64,000 bases of DNA from Vicinamibacterales bacterium (GCA_041394725.1 JAWKHR010000034.1:3410-67409), one strand, 5' to 3'. Numbered from the stretch's first letter, positions 46,599 to 57,092 are shown. Notes: generated from the sequence alone by a model not told the origin. Numbers and translations: made by a program.

Positions 46599-49136
46599 TT
46601 AGGACCCGCAGAGTTCCCCGAGCCGCGCCGGGGCACTCGGTCGCATGGTTCGCGCCAGATCCGGCGCCGTCCCCGCGACGCGGTCCCACGCGTCGAGGCC
46701 GGCGCGGACCTCGCGGCACCCGGCCGCGCGCGTCTCCGAACGACGCCAGAGCGACTGCCCCATCGAGATGCGCGCGGAAGCGACCTGGCCGGCCACGAAG
46801 AACTGGTCCGGCGCCGCGCGGAGAATCGTCTCGCCCGCCGCGATCCCGTCGCGCAGCCGTCCGACGCCGGCCTCGTCCTGCCCGTCGCGGAGCAGCATCC
46901 GCCCGAGTGCCAGGTTGGTGAGCATCACGCCGATCCGGTTGCCCTGATCACTCGGCGCCTCGTCGCCGAGCGCGCCGATCGTCGCGGCCGCCCTGGTGAG
47001 CGCGTCGATCGCCTCGGGCCGCCGGCCGAGTGTCTCGAGCGCCTCGGCCTGCGTCGTCAGGATCATCGTCAGCGTCTGGCGATAGCGGGGGTTCGCCGGA
47101 TCGACGCGGAGGAGTTCGCCGGTCCAGGCCCGAGCGTCGGTGGCGACGCGCAGCGCCTCGCCGGCGCCGCGCGCGCGCAGGAGGGCCGTGGCGTAGTCGG
47201 GCGCGATGCGCGCGACCCGGGCGAGCGCGACGGCATCCGCGGGGGCCGCGTCGAGCTCGCGGCGCGCGAGGTCGAAGGCGCGCGCCAGCGTGCTCCGCGC
47301 CTCGTCGGGCGGGCTGGCGGATGCCTGCACGTAGCCGAGCTGGTGGAGCGCGGTCGCGAGGCGCGCGCCACGGCCCGGCCTCGACGCCGGCGCGGACTCG
47401 GCCAGCGCGACGGCGACCCGCGCGTGCTCGACCGCGCCGGGCAGGTCGCCCGTCACCGCCGCGAACCGGCTCAGCTCGATCCGGACGTGCGCCAGCTCGT
47501 CCACGTCCTCCGGCGCGCCGCCGGCGGCCACCGCCGTCTGGATGTCGAGGGCGCGGCGGTAGCTCTCGCGGGCGCCGGCGATGTCGCCGAGGTTCGACAC
47601 GCCCCCGCCGCCGAGGATCGCGCCCATCCGCAGGTAGGCGGCCGCCAGCTCGCGCTGCAGGCCGCGATCGTCGCGGGCCTCGCGGCTCAGGCCGTCGAGG
47701 TACTCGAGGCCGCGCTCGACGACCAGCCGGCGCGCGGGCAGCGAGCCGGGCAGGTCGGCGATCGCGTCGTGGAACTCGAAGAGGAACGCGTTGGCCATGC
47801 GCCGCACGTCGCCGAACCGGCGCTCGGCGTCGGCGCGCGCCCGCTGCGCGGCCCGCGCCTGGACGACGGCCACGGCCGCGGTCACGACGAGCGCGCCGAT
47901 CGCGATCGCCACGGCGGCCGAGGCCACCCAGTGGCGGCGGAGGAACGTCGCGGCACGGTACCGCGCCGTGTCGGGCGCGGCGAGCACCGGCCGGCCGTCG
48001 AGGTACCGCGCGAGGTCGTCGGCCAGCTCGGCCGCCGAGCGGTAGCGCCGCGCGGGCGACTTGCGCAGCGCCTTGAGCACGATGCGATCGAGGTCGCGGC
48101 GGATGCCGGGCACCGGCGGCGGCGCCCCGGCGTCCTGGCGCACCGCCTGCCCCGGCGGCGTGGGCGCCTGCTCGCGGATGGCCTGGATCCAGTCGGCTTC
48201 GGTCCGCGGCTCCGGCTGGTACGGCCCGCGGCGCGCGAGCAGCCGATACAGGAGCTGCCCGAGCCCGTAGATGTCGGCGGCCACCGTCACCGGCTCGCCC
48301 GTCACCTGCTCGGGACTCGCGCTCTCGAACGTCAACGCCCGCCACGTCGTCCGCGCGCGCGCCTCGGCCGGGTCGGCGCCGGGATCGGGATCGACCAGCG
48401 TGGCGATGCCGAAATCGAGGAGCTTCGGCACGCCGTCGGCCGTCACCAGCACGTTGCCCGGCTTGATGTCGCGATGGATGACCAGGTGCTGGTGCGCGTG
48501 GTGCACGGCGCCGCAGAGCGCGCGGACCAGCTCGATCCGGGCCGGCAGGTCGAGCCCCGCGCGGTCGCAGAAGGCGTCGATCGGCAGGCCCTCGACGTAC
48601 TCCATCACGACGTAGGGCTGGCCGTCGGGCGTCGTGCCGCCGTCGAGCAGCCGCGCGATGTTGGGATGGTCGAGCACCGCGAGAATCTGGCGTTCCTGCC
48701 GCAGCCGCGCGACCAGCGTGGCGGACGCCAGGCCCGCGTCCACCAGCTTGATGGCGACCTGCTGATCGAACTCGCCGTCCGACCGCGCGGCGAGGTACAC
48801 CCGCCCCATGCCGCCGCGGCCGATCTCCCGGACGATGCGGTACGGCCCGAGACGCGTGCCGGGCGACAGCGCGGCGTCGGGGTCGGCCGGCTCGGCCGCG
48901 CCGGCCCGGGCAGCCGCGGCGGCCGCGGCCGCCAGCGAAGGATCGGCCAGTGCCAGCGCCGGAACCTCGTAGAGGTCGGCCGCCGCGTGCGCGGCGGCGA
49001 CGAGCGCGTCCACCTCGCCACGCAGCGCGGCGTCGGGTCCGCACGCGGCGGCGAGGAACGCGTCGCGCGCGCTCACCTCCAGCTCCAGCGCCTCACCGGC
49101 GAGGTGCTTGATTCGCTGCCACTCGTCGCGCGTCAA
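46599..49136 (-). CDS. Ser/Thr protein kinase with TM segment and TPR-like sensor region
   Basis: 845 aa. GRGGMGRVYLA, VAIKLV, HRDIKPGNVLV, DFGIATLV. TM segment AAVAIAIGALVVTAAVAVV. Lies directly downstream of the ECF sigma gene. Confidence 0.9.
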   Translation of the reverse strand: MTRDEWQRIKHLAGEALELEVSARDAFLAAACGPDAALRGEVDALVAAAHAAADLYEVPALALADPSLAAAAAAAARAGAAEPADPDAALSPGTRLGPYRIVREIGRGGMGRVYLAARSDGEFDQQVAIKLVDAGLASATLVARLRQERQILAVLDHPNIARLLDGGTTPDGQPYVVMEYVEGLPIDAFCDRAGLDLPARIELVRALCGAVHHAHQHLVIHRDIKPGNVLVTADGVPKLLDFGIATLVDPDPGADPAEARARTTWRALTFESASPEQVTGEPVTVAADIYGLGQLLYRLLARRGPYQPEPRTEADWIQAIREQAPTPPGQAVRQDAGAPPPVPGIRRDLDRIVLKALRKSPARRYRSAAELADDLARYLDGRPVLAAPDTARYRAATFLRRHWVASAAVAIAIGALVVTAAVAVVQARAAQRARADAERRFGDVRRMANAFLFEFHDAIADLPGSLPARRLVVERGLEYLDGLSREARDDRGLQRELAAAYLRMGAILGGGGVSNLGDIAGARESYRRALDIQTAVAAGGAPEDVDELAHVRIELSRFAAVTGDLPGAVEHARVAVALAESAPASRPGRGARLATALHQLGYVQASASPPDEARSTLARAFDLARRELDAAPADAVALARVARIAPDYATALLRARGAGEALRVATDARAWTGELLRVDPANPRYRQTLTMILTTQAEALETLGRRPEAIDALTRAAATIGALGDEAPSDQGNRIGVMLTNLALGRMLLRDGQDEAGVGRLRDGIAAGETILRAAPDQFFVAGQVASARISMGQSLWRRSETRAAGCREVRAGLDAWDRVAGTAPDLARTMRPSAPARLGELCGS

Positions 49137-49169
49137 CGGCGTCGCGCCCCCGTGTGATCCTGTGGCGCC

Positions 49170-49772
49170 TCAGGGTTCCGGCTCGCCGGCGTCCCCTGCG
49201 AGTTCGCGGTGCAGCCAGCCCTTCGCCAGGGCCCACTCGCGCTTGACCGTGCCGGTCGAGACGCCGAGCGCCGCCGCGGTCTCCTCGATCGTCAGGCCGC
49301 CGAAGAACCGCAGCTCGACGAGCCGGCCTTGATCGGGGTCGAGCTGCTCGAGCCGGGTCAGCGCGCGGTCGAGCGCGAGCGTGTCCACCGCGTCGATCGC
49401 CTGGGGCTCCACCACCGACGCGGCCTCGTCCAGGCCGACGTGCACCTGCCGGCCGCCGCGCCGCTGCCGGCCCTCGCGCCGCGCGTGGTCCACCAGGATG
49501 CGCCGCATCATCTGCGCCGCGATCGCGAAGAAGTGCCCGCGATCCTGCCAGTCCACGTTCCGCTGTCCGACCAGCCGGAGGTAGGCCTCGTGCACGACGA
49601 CGGTCGTCTGCAGGCGCCCCTGGCGCCACTCGCGCGCGAGTTGTCGCGCGGCGAGCTGCCGGAGTTCCGCGTAGACGAGATCGATGACCCGATCGAGCGC
49701 CCCGCGATCGCCGGACTGCCATTCGCGGAGCAGCCGCGTGACGTCGGCGGTCGGCTCCACTGGGCGCTCCAT
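49170..49772 (-). CDS. ECF-type RNA polymerase sigma factor (kinase-associated group)
   Basis: 200 aa. VTRLLREWQSGDRGALDRVIDLVYAELRQLAARQL...VVHEAYLRLV...LVELRFFGGLTIEETAAALGVSTGTVKREWALAKGWL. Paralogous to the 24812..25396 gene. Confidence 0.9.
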   Translation of the reverse strand: MERPVEPTADVTRLLREWQSGDRGALDRVIDLVYAELRQLAARQLAREWRQGRLQTTVVVHEAYLRLVGQRNVDWQDRGHFFAIAAQMMRRILVDHARREGRQRRGGRQVHVGLDEAASVVEPQAIDAVDTLALDRALTRLEQLDPDQGRLVELRFFGGLTIEETAAALGVSTGTVKREWALAKGWLHRELAGDAGEPEP

Positions 49773-49835
49773 GGCTGGAGCGCCCAGTCTACTCCGGTCC
49801 GGCCGGCGCCCGTGACGGCACGCGGTCCGGTCGTT

Positions 49836-49883
49836 GCTGCGGCTGCAGCTGCGGCTGCGGCTGCGGCTGCGGCTGCGGCTGCG
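49836..49883. repeat. (GCTGCG)8 hexanucleotide microsatellite
   Basis: Eight contiguous units, the second being GCTGCA, read directly. It lies 64-111 nt upstream of the ECF sigma start codon. Confidence 0.95.
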
Positions 49884-49922
49884 ACCACGCTCGTGCCAGC
49901 GACCGCGACCGCGCCGGGACGA

Positions 49923-50330
49923 CTACCGGCCGAAGGACCCGGGCGAGTCGTTCTGGTCGTTCTTGTTCTGGTCCTTCATGTACTTGACCAGGTAGACCGT
50001 GCCGGCCAGCCCGATGATGGTGGAGATGAGCATCACCGCGGTGCCGCCGCCGCCCTGCGCCCGGATCCGGCGCGAAGCGGGACGGCCGAGCGGCGCGCGC
50101 GGGGTCGTTTGCGGTTCGGCGGTCGTGGCGGTCATGAAGGACGCGGCCCGGCGGGTGGCCTGGCGGAGCGACGGCGTGGACGGGCCGGCCGGGGCGAAGA
50201 ACTCCGTCGCACCGGTCGGGCGACCGGCGGGGCTCGGGGCCACGGGGCTCACCGTGGCGGGCACGGCGGCCGGCGCCACGAGCGACAGGGTGAGCAGCGG
50301 AACGGTCAGCGGGGTCCAGAAACCGGGCAT
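49923..50330 (-). CDS. small hypothetical protein with signal peptide and C-terminal TM anchor
   Basis: ORF 49923..50468 trimmed to ATG 50330 after ggag. MPGFWTPLTVPLLTLSLVAPAAVPA... and C-terminal TAVMLISTIIGLAGTVYLVKYMKDQNKNDQND, which is lower in GC. Confidence 0.5.
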   Translation of the reverse strand: MPGFWTPLTVPLLTLSLVAPAAVPATVSPVAPSPAGRPTGATEFFAPAGPSTPSLRQATRRAASFMTATTAEPQTTPRAPLGRPASRRIRAQGGGGTAVMLISTIIGLAGTVYLVKYMKDQNKNDQNDSPGSFGR

Positions 50331-50418
50331 CGGAGACTCCTTCGGGGCGAACGGACGCCGCCCCCTGTCCCCTACGCGCCGGATGCCGGCAATCCGGATC
50401 ACGCCGGGCGCGCGGACC

Positions 50419-51282
50419 TCAGGCCGGCGGGTCGATGGAGCCCGCCGCACCCGTGGTCCCGGACGCATCCAACGCTCCGGGCGCGGCGACCCGGCGGTAG
50501 CAGCCCGGCGAGATCATCTCGGCGAACCCGTCGGCCACCAGCGCGCGGTTGGCGCGCCCGGCCTCGGGACGCGAGACGCCGACCACGCGGGCCAGCTCGC
50601 CGCGGACGGTCAGGTGCGCGCCCGTGAGAAAGCACCGCGCGATCTCGCGCAGCGCGGTCTCGCGGTCGAGCCGACGCCGCAACGCGTCCGGGAACCGCCC
50701 GACGCCGAGCGTCCACAGGTAGGTGAAGAACGGTTCGTAGACGACGTCGCTCGGGATGACGATCATCGCGGCCTGCAGCTCGTCGAGGGCCCTGGTGAAC
50801 GCCGCGCGATCCGTGACGCCCGACGCCTCGCGCAGGTCCTTCGTCGCCATCTCCCACTCGTGGCGCAGCGGGCGAAGAATCCGGCGCGCGGCGGCGCTCA
50901 GGCGCTTCGGTTCGTCGGCGCGGCGGACGCCCCACACCGCGTGGAAGTACGGCAGCATCCTCGGCGCGATGAACATCGCGCGTCCCCGGGCGAGCTTCGC
51001 GTAGTAGACCTTGCCGCGCCGGAGCACCGCGTCCTTGAGTCGCCAGGTGAGCGACGCCTCCGGGTCTTTCTGGACGTTGCGCGGCATGACCGCGTCGCGG
51101 CGCCCGCACACGGCCAGGTAGAGCGACGGCCCCGGCCGTCGCGCGTCGGCGAGACACCCGGCAAAGCCCACCCGTTCGACGAACGCCTCCGCGTCCGCCG
51201 GCGTGGCCACCTGCCGCGCGCCCTCGCGACACCAGGCCGCGTCACGCAGGTCCTCAATCTCGTCGGGCACGGGGCCGGGCAT
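50419..51282 (-). CDS. hypothetical protein, winged-helix-like (function unknown)
   Basis: 287 aa with protein-like composition ([29 protein letters not shown]...[21 protein letters not shown]). There is a vague resemblance to wHTH DNA-binding families, which I cannot place. Confidence 0.55.
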   Translation of the reverse strand: MPGPVPDEIEDLRDAAWCREGARQVATPADAEAFVERVGFAGCLADARRPGPSLYLAVCGRRDAVMPRNVQKDPEASLTWRLKDAVLRRGKVYYAKLARGRAMFIAPRMLPYFHAVWGVRRADEPKRLSAAARRILRPLRHEWEMATKDLREASGVTDRAAFTRALDELQAAMIVIPSDVVYEPFFTYLWTLGVGRFPDALRRRLDRETALREIARCFLTGAHLTVRGELARVVGVSRPEAGRANRALVADGFAEMISPGCYRRVAAPGALDASGTTGAAGSIDPPA

Positions 51283-51322
51283 GCGGGGGATCGTACAGGA
51301 AGGACGCGTGAGGCGAGGGTCA

Positions 51323-51366
51323 TGGGGCCCCCGGGAACCCCAGGACCCTGGGACCCTCGGGAACCA
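51323..51366. repeat. copy (reverse orientation) of the GGGTCCC/GGGACCC repeat element
   Basis: ggggcccccgggaaccccaggaccctgggaccctcgggaacc. Its reverse complement contains GAGGGTCCCAGGGTCCTGGGG. Confidence 0.6.
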
Positions 51367-51370
51367 CCCT

Positions 51371-51389
51371 CACATAGGTTACGTCTGTG
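51371..51389 (+). promoter_or_regulatory. candidate PadR operator remnant
   Basis: CACATAGGTTACGTCTGTG (CACA-N11-TGTG), 15 nt upstream of the truncated PadR start. It resembles the palindrome at 62977-62997 (shared ATAG-TTAC...CTGTG). Confidence 0.35.
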
Positions 51390-51403
51390 CAAATACCAAC
51401 CCG

Positions 51404-51526
51404 ATGCTCACCTCCGAAGTTCGCAAGGGCAGCGCGGAGCTGCTGATCCTGGGGGCGCTCGACGCGCGGCGGTGGCGGGCCTTGCGGGAGACCGTCGAGC
51501 ACCGCGACGCGCGCCTGCCCGGCTAG
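51404..51526 (+). pseudogene. PadR-family regulator remnant (first ~19 codons fused to repeat-derived tail)
   Basis: MLTSEVRKGSAELLILGALD is a typical PadR N-terminus. From 51460 the sequence is the 650-bp repeat (ARRWRALRETVEHRDARLPG*), identical to the tail of the gene ending at 57092. Confidence 0.6.
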
Positions 51527-52113
51527 GTGCGGTCATCATCCCGGGAGGCACACATGCACCGTGCGACGCCGGCCGGCCGGGGAGTGGGCCTCCTGCTGAT
51601 CGTGCAGCTCGCGGGCCTGATCGTGCCGTTCGTGCTGCTGCGTCCGGTCACGGGCGCGCCGGTGGAGATCCTGGCGCACGCGGCGCCGTCCGAGGGCCTC
51701 ATCGGCGTGGCGCTCGGCCTTCTGCTCGCGAACGGCCTGCTGACGATCGGCATCAGCCTGGCCACGTTCGACGTCTTCCGTCGCGCGAGCGCCGCGGCCG
51801 CGCGCTGGGTGCTTGTGGCCGCCGTCCTCATGGTGGCGACGCAGGCGCTCGACGACGTGCAGGTGCTGTCGCTCGTGGCGCTCAGCCGGCAGGCCGTGGG
51901 CGCCGAGGCACCGGACACAATCCTTGCGCTCGCGGTGACGACGGCGGCGGCGCGGCGCTGGACGCACCTGACCGCGATCCTGGCCATCGACGGGTGGATC
52001 CTCGCGTTCTACGTGGCGCTCTTCCGCGGCACCGCTGTCCCGCGCGCGGTGCTGGCGTTCGGCACGCTGACGGCGCTGCTGCACCTCGCCGGCATCCCGG
52101 TGACCGCGGGCCT
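51460..52113 (+). repeat. dispersed direct repeat, copy A (~650 bp)
   Basis: Hand alignment to 57026..57669 gives roughly 98% identity, with about 6 substitutions and about 8 small length differences. Confidence 0.85.
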
Positions 52114-52168
52114 CTTCGCCGTGGTGGACAAGGTCCTGCTCGATCCGCTGCCGTTCGCCAACTTCTGA
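51554..52168 (+). CDS. DUF4386-like membrane protein (intact frame, non-native C-terminus)
   Basis: ATG 51554 after gggagg. MHRATPAGRGVGLLLIVQLAGLIVPFVLL... has 5-6 hydrophobic segments. After ~52113 it leaves the repeat and ends ...TAGLFAVVDKVLLDPLPFANF*. Confidence 0.7.
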   Translation: MHRATPAGRGVGLLLIVQLAGLIVPFVLLRPVTGAPVEILAHAAPSEGLIGVALGLLLANGLLTIGISLATFDVFRRASAAAARWVLVAAVLMVATQALDDVQVLSLVALSRQAVGAEAPDTILALAVTTAAARRWTHLTAILAIDGWILAFYVALFRGTAVPRAVLAFGTLTALLHLAGIPVTAGLFAVVDKVLLDPLPFANF

Positions 52169-52169
52169 T

Positions 52170-54380
52170 CGCCTCGTACATCGCGGGGTCGGCGCCGGGG
52201 TCGGACCTGCCGGACGAGTTCGGCGTGTCGGCCGAGTTCCTGGTCCGCGACACGAGGTCGACGCGCCTCGAGGGCCTGTCGACGTTCAACTGTTCACGTC
52301 CACGCTCCGCGTCGGCGATCGCGTCGAGCGGATCCGCACGCGTCGCAGCCGACCTCCACGCTCTTCACCACGCTCTGGCGCCACGCCCGTGCTCGGCCGC
52401 CTGCCGGTGGACGCCGATGACGACCACGTCGCGGTGATCAGCGACCGGCTCTGGCAGACCTGGTTCGACCGCGACCCGGCCGTCGTCGGGCGCGTATACA
52501 TCTCGGGACGCAACCGGGAGATTGTGGGCGTGGATGGCCCCGAGTTCCGGTTCCTGGACGACGGGACGCTGCCGTGGATGTCGAGCCGCATCCGCGAGGA
52601 GGGCCTGGTGCCGGGCCGGTTCGCATGTGGCTGGTGGCCGGATGGCGCCGGGCGCGGATCCGGCGCAGGTGGCCACGGGATCGCTGGACACGCTCGCGCG
52701 CTACCTGCCGGCGCGCTTCGGCGGCAGCGCCGCCTACGCGCACGTCATCGGACGGTTCCACGCGATCGTGCGTCCGCTCGACGAGGCGCTGCTCGGCGGC
52801 GTGGCGCGGCCGCTCTGGACTTCTTCGCGCGACGCGATCGTGTTCGTCATCGCTCGCGCGAACGTCGCGAACCTGTTCCTGGTGCGCGCCGAGACGCGCC
52901 AGCGCGACCTCGCCCTGCGCCGGGCCATCGGCGCCGGGCGCGGCCAGCTCGTCCGGCTGCAGCTGGCCGAGGCGTTGAAGTCGTGGCGGCTGCGGCGGGC
53001 GTGCTCGCCGTCGGCCTCGCGGCACTGACGCTGCCGGTCTTTCTGCGCGCGGCGCCGGCCGGGATCCCGCGGATCGAGGACGTCACGCTCACGGCGCGCA
53101 CTGTTCTTCACGCTCGGCGTGGCCGCGCTGGCCGCGCTCGCCCGTGGCCCGTCCTGGCGCTCCGCGCGTCGCGGCCTGACTTCGCGCGCCTGCGCGACGG
53201 CGCGCGGCACCACGCGCGCCAGGCGGTGGACGCGCTCACGGGCTGGTCGCCGCGCAGACCGCGCTCGCGCTCGTGCTGCTCATCGGGTCCGGCCTGCTGC
53301 TCCGCAGCTCTGGGCACTCCGCCACGTGGACCGGCTACGACACGCGCGACGTGTTCACGTTCCAGATCGTTCAGACCGCACCAACGACGGCCCGACCCAC
53401 GCGCGGTTCGACCTGGACTTCATGGATCGTTCGCGCGCGCTGCCCGGCGTCGAATGGCTGGTCTCGTGGAGAACGTGCCGCTGAACGAGTCGCCCGCCAC
53501 CGTGCGGCTGCGGTCCAAGGCCGGCCCGACGCGCCGGACGGGACGCTGGTCGGCCTGGATGCTCGCCGCGGGCGACTACTTCCAGACGATGCGCATCGAG
53601 CGCCTGGCCGGCCGGACGTTCGAGAACGCCGACCACCTCCTCGGGGCAGCCGCAGGTCATCCTCAGCCGGGATGGCGGCGCGCGCCCTGTTCCCGGACGG
53701 CGACGCGATCGGCCGGCGCGTGCAGATCGTCGGCCGACGACCTCGACACCGTCGTCGGCGTCGTCGACGACGTCCCGCAGAACGACTCGCGAGACGCCGG
53801 CCCCGCTGACCTACTACCCGCTCGTGGGCCCGACGCCGATGAGCTGCGCCATCTCCTCGCCGGCCTACGTGGTGCGGACGCCGCGCGCTCGACCATCGCC
53901 GGCGACATCCAAGCCGGCTGGCGCACGAGGTCGCGCCCGAGGCGCCGATGGCGCCTGCACGATGGACCAGCTCGCCGCGGACTCGATGGTCAGCGTCTCG
54001 TTCACCATGCTCACGCTCGGTGTCGCCGCGGGCCTCGCGCCGCTCGTCCTCGGCGCGGTCGGCCTCTACGGCGTCCTTTCCTACGTCGTCGCGCAGCGCA
54101 CGCGCGAGATCGGCGTGCGCCTGGCGCTCGGCGCGCGCGAACGGACGTGCGCTGGATGGTGGTCCTGCAGGGCGCGCGGGTCACCGGCATCGCGGTCGGC
54201 GTGATGGTCGCCGTCGCCGCCACGCGCGCGCTCGGCAGCCTCCTCTTCGACGTCGCGGCCGTCGACGCCGCGACGTTCGTCGCGATGTCCACCTCGGCGT
54301 TGTCGTCGGCCTGGTGGCCAGCTACGTGCCGGCCTGGCGCGCGTCCGCTGGTGATCCGATCGTGTCGCTGCGGGGAGTAG
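52170..54380 (+). pseudogene. ADOP/MacB-like permease lacking its 5' end and multiply frameshifted
   Basis: Family peptides are spread over three frames: HVAVISDRLWQTWFDRDPAVVGRVYISGRNREIVGV (52389 frame), IARANVANLFLVRAETRQRDLALRRAIGAGRGQLVRLQLAEAL (52522 frame), [26 protein letters not shown] (53824 frame), and the tail VASYVPAWRASAGDPIVSLRG (53948 frame). Confidence 0.75.
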
Positions 54381-54437
54381 CAGAGGGTCCCGAGGCCTGG
54401 AAGGTGGGGCGACCGTCCCGAGGGCCGGCGAGCCAGA

Positions 54438-55461
54438 ATGACGCGCGTGGCCCACGTGCGCCGCCTGGCCGTCGCCCTGACGCTGGCAACTGGCGTCGTG
54501 CTGCTCCTCAGATCGCAGCGGACCACGGGCGGGCTCGCCGTGCTCGGCCGCACGCACGCTGGCGGTCGTCGCCACGCTGGTGTTCGGGCTGTTCGAGCGG
54601 GTGCCGCGGCGTCTGCCGTCGTGGCTGTCGCGCTGGGTGCTGCAGGTCGTCGGCGCGTCGGCGTCGCGATCCCGGTGACCACGGTCACCCTGGTATTCCT
54701 CGGCTTTCGGCTCGACGCCGCTGTTCTGGCAGGTCACCACCCGCATGAACGGCTTCATGATGCTCACCTCTCGGGTCCTGATCGCGTTGTGGACGGCGCT
54801 GGCGGCCGATCCGCCAGAAGGACGCGTTCGCGCGCGACCAGGCGACGTTCGCGCTCGAGCGCAGCGAGCTCGAGCGACAGGCGCTACCGATGCCCGCCCG
54901 CACCTGCTGCAGGCGCAGGTCGCGCCGCACTTCCTGTTCAACACGCTCGCTAACGTCCAGGCCCTCGTCGACGCCGGGTCGCCGCAGGCGTCACGTTGCT
55001 GCGCGGCCTCACTGGGTACCTGCGCGTCGGTCCCCGCGATCAACGACCCGGCGGCGACGCTCGGCGCGAGGTCTGTTTCGTCACGGGCCTACCTCGACCT
55101 GATGCGGATGTGGATGCCCGACCGGCTGCATTACGAGCAGCACGTGGACGAGGCGGCGCTCTCGGTGAAGTGTCCGCCGGTCACACTGCTGACGTGCTGG
55201 TGGAGAACGCGGTGCGACACGGCATCGATCCCAGCGAGGACGGCGGCCGCATCGTCATCGACGTCCGGCGGCAGGGCAGCGCTGCGTGATCCGCGTCATG
55301 ACACCGGCGTCGTATTCGCGCCTCGCAGGCCTCTTTCGGCACCGGGGCCAGGCGATGCCCGCGAGCGGCTCCAGCTGATGTTCGGCGGCGAGTCTGCCCG
55401 CGTCGTCGCACAGGAATCGCGCGGCGTCTGCGCTGAGCTCGACGTCCCGGTGCGGGCCTGA
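54438..55461 (+). pseudogene. LytS/YehU-type sensor histidine kinase, frameshifted
   Basis: LLQAQVAPHFLFNTLANVQALVDAGSPQA (ORF 54745..55461) and LVENAVRHGIDPSEDGGRIVIDVRRQG (ORF 54996..55289) lie in different frames. The membrane N-terminus is in a third frame. Confidence 0.7.
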
Positions 55462-55471
55462 GGGCCGGGAG

Positions 55472-56259
55472 ATGTCACGACCGACCGCTCTCATCGCCGA
55501 CGACGAACCGCCCTGCGGACGCTGCGGCGCCAGCTCGCCGTCGCCTGGCCGGAACTCGACGTCGGGCCGAGGCGCGAAACTTGCCGAGGCGATCGCGCGG
55601 TTCGACGGTCAGCCCGCCGTCTGCTTCCTCGACATCCGGATGCCCGGCCTCTCCGGCCTGACGCGACGCACATCGGACGTCGCGCGCACATCGTGTTCGT
55701 CACGGCCTACGACCGCTACGCGATCCAGGCGTTTTGGCGGCTGGCGCTCGATTACCTGCTCAAGTTCGTCGAGCCTGCGCGGTCGCCGAGACCGTCGCGC
55801 GGCTGAAGGAACGCGTCGCCGCGGCCACGCCGGCGGTGAACACCGCCTCCGCGATCGAGGCGCTGGCCACCCGGCTCGCGGACCTTCACGCCGCGGAAGG
55901 CGCCGCCGGCGCGCCCCGGCGTGGCTGCGGATCCGCGCGCAGGCCGGGCAGACGCTCCGCCTGATTCCCGTGGATGACGTGGACTACCTTGCGGTCCGAC
56001 GCGAAATACACGGTGGTCGCGTGACGACGAGGACGGGACGGCCACAGGCGAGGCAGTGGCATGGACCGCGCTGAAGGACCTGGTGCCGCAGCTCGATCCG
56101 GCACGCTTCGCGCAGGTCCACCGCTCGGTCGTCGTCAACCTCGGCGCGATCAGCCACGTCACGCGGCAGGATCACGACCGGGCGGACATCCACCTGAAGC
56201 GGCGGCCGGACGTCCTGCCAGTCAGCCGGCGCTACCTCCACCTGTTCCGGCAGATGTAG
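55472..56259 (+). pseudogene. LytTR-family response regulator, frameshifted
   Basis: The receiver start MSRPTALIADDEP (55472) soon loses its frame. The LytTR end ALKDLVPQLDPARFAQVHRSVVVNLGAISHV...LPVSRRYLHLFRQM is in ORF 56056..56259. Confidence 0.75.
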
Positions 56260-56331
56260 CTCGTCGGCGCCTGGCGCCGTCCATGCCCCGATCGCCGCCG
56301 TCCGTCGCATGGCCCGCCGAATCGCCCGGCG

Positions 56332-57092
56332 TTGCGCCAGAGTGGCGGCATGCGCGACCCCGGCGCCTTCTGGCCGCAACGGGCCGCCCGGCTGAGCGGC
56401 CTCCTCTACGCGATCATCATCGCCGCCGGCATCCTCGCCGAGCTGGTCGTCCGCGAGCGGCTCCACGTGGCCGGCGACGCCGCGGCGACCGCCGATCGGA
56501 TCCTGGCGAACGAGGCGCTGTTCCGGTGGGGATTCGCGGCCGAGCTCTTCGCCGCGCTGTGCGTGATCCCGCTCATCTACCTGCTCTACGAACTGCTGAA
56601 GGACGCGAACCGGCACGTGGCCCGCACGGCCATCTTCTTCTCGCTGGTCGGCACGGCCGTGCAGGTCACCGCGCTGCTCGGCCACTTCGCGCCGCTCAGC
56701 CCGCTGAAGACGTCATGGCCGCCGGCCTGACGACTGACCACACCCGCGCCCTCACCGACGTGGCCCTCCGCCTGCAGAGCGTCGGCTACGCGATGGGGCT
56801 CGCGTTCTTCGGCGGGACGATGCTGTGCCGCGGGGCATTCGATCGTGCGCTCGGCGCTCCTGCTGCGGGTCATCGGGATCGCGCTGATGATCGAGGGCAT
56901 CGTGGTACGGCGCGAACAGCTTCACCGATTCCCGTCGCGCCGCCGTTCGCCAGGGCCGTGTTCCAGGTCCTGATGGTGACCGGCCTGGCGGAGCTGGCCC
57001 TGTGCGTCTGGCTGCTCGTGAGGCACGACGCGCGGCGGTGGCGGGCCTTGCGGGAGACCGTCGAGCACCGCGACGCGCGCCTGCCCGGCTAG
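56332..57092 (+). pseudogene. DUF4386-like membrane protein, frameshifted
   Basis: The N-terminal 130 aa (LLYAIIIAAGILAELVVRERL...ILANEALFRWGFAAELFAALCVIPLIYLLYELL) are in ORF 56332..56730. The remainder (VALRLQSVGYAMGLAFFGG...VTGLAELALCVWLLVRHD) is in the frame of ORF 56061..57092. Confidence 0.65.

Noticed and set aside
49508-49888. ORF encoding MVAAAAAAAAAAAAAAAATTGP across the microsatellite
   Set aside because: The poly-Ala run is just the translation of (GCTGCG)n. The rest of the ORF is antisense to the ECF sigma gene.
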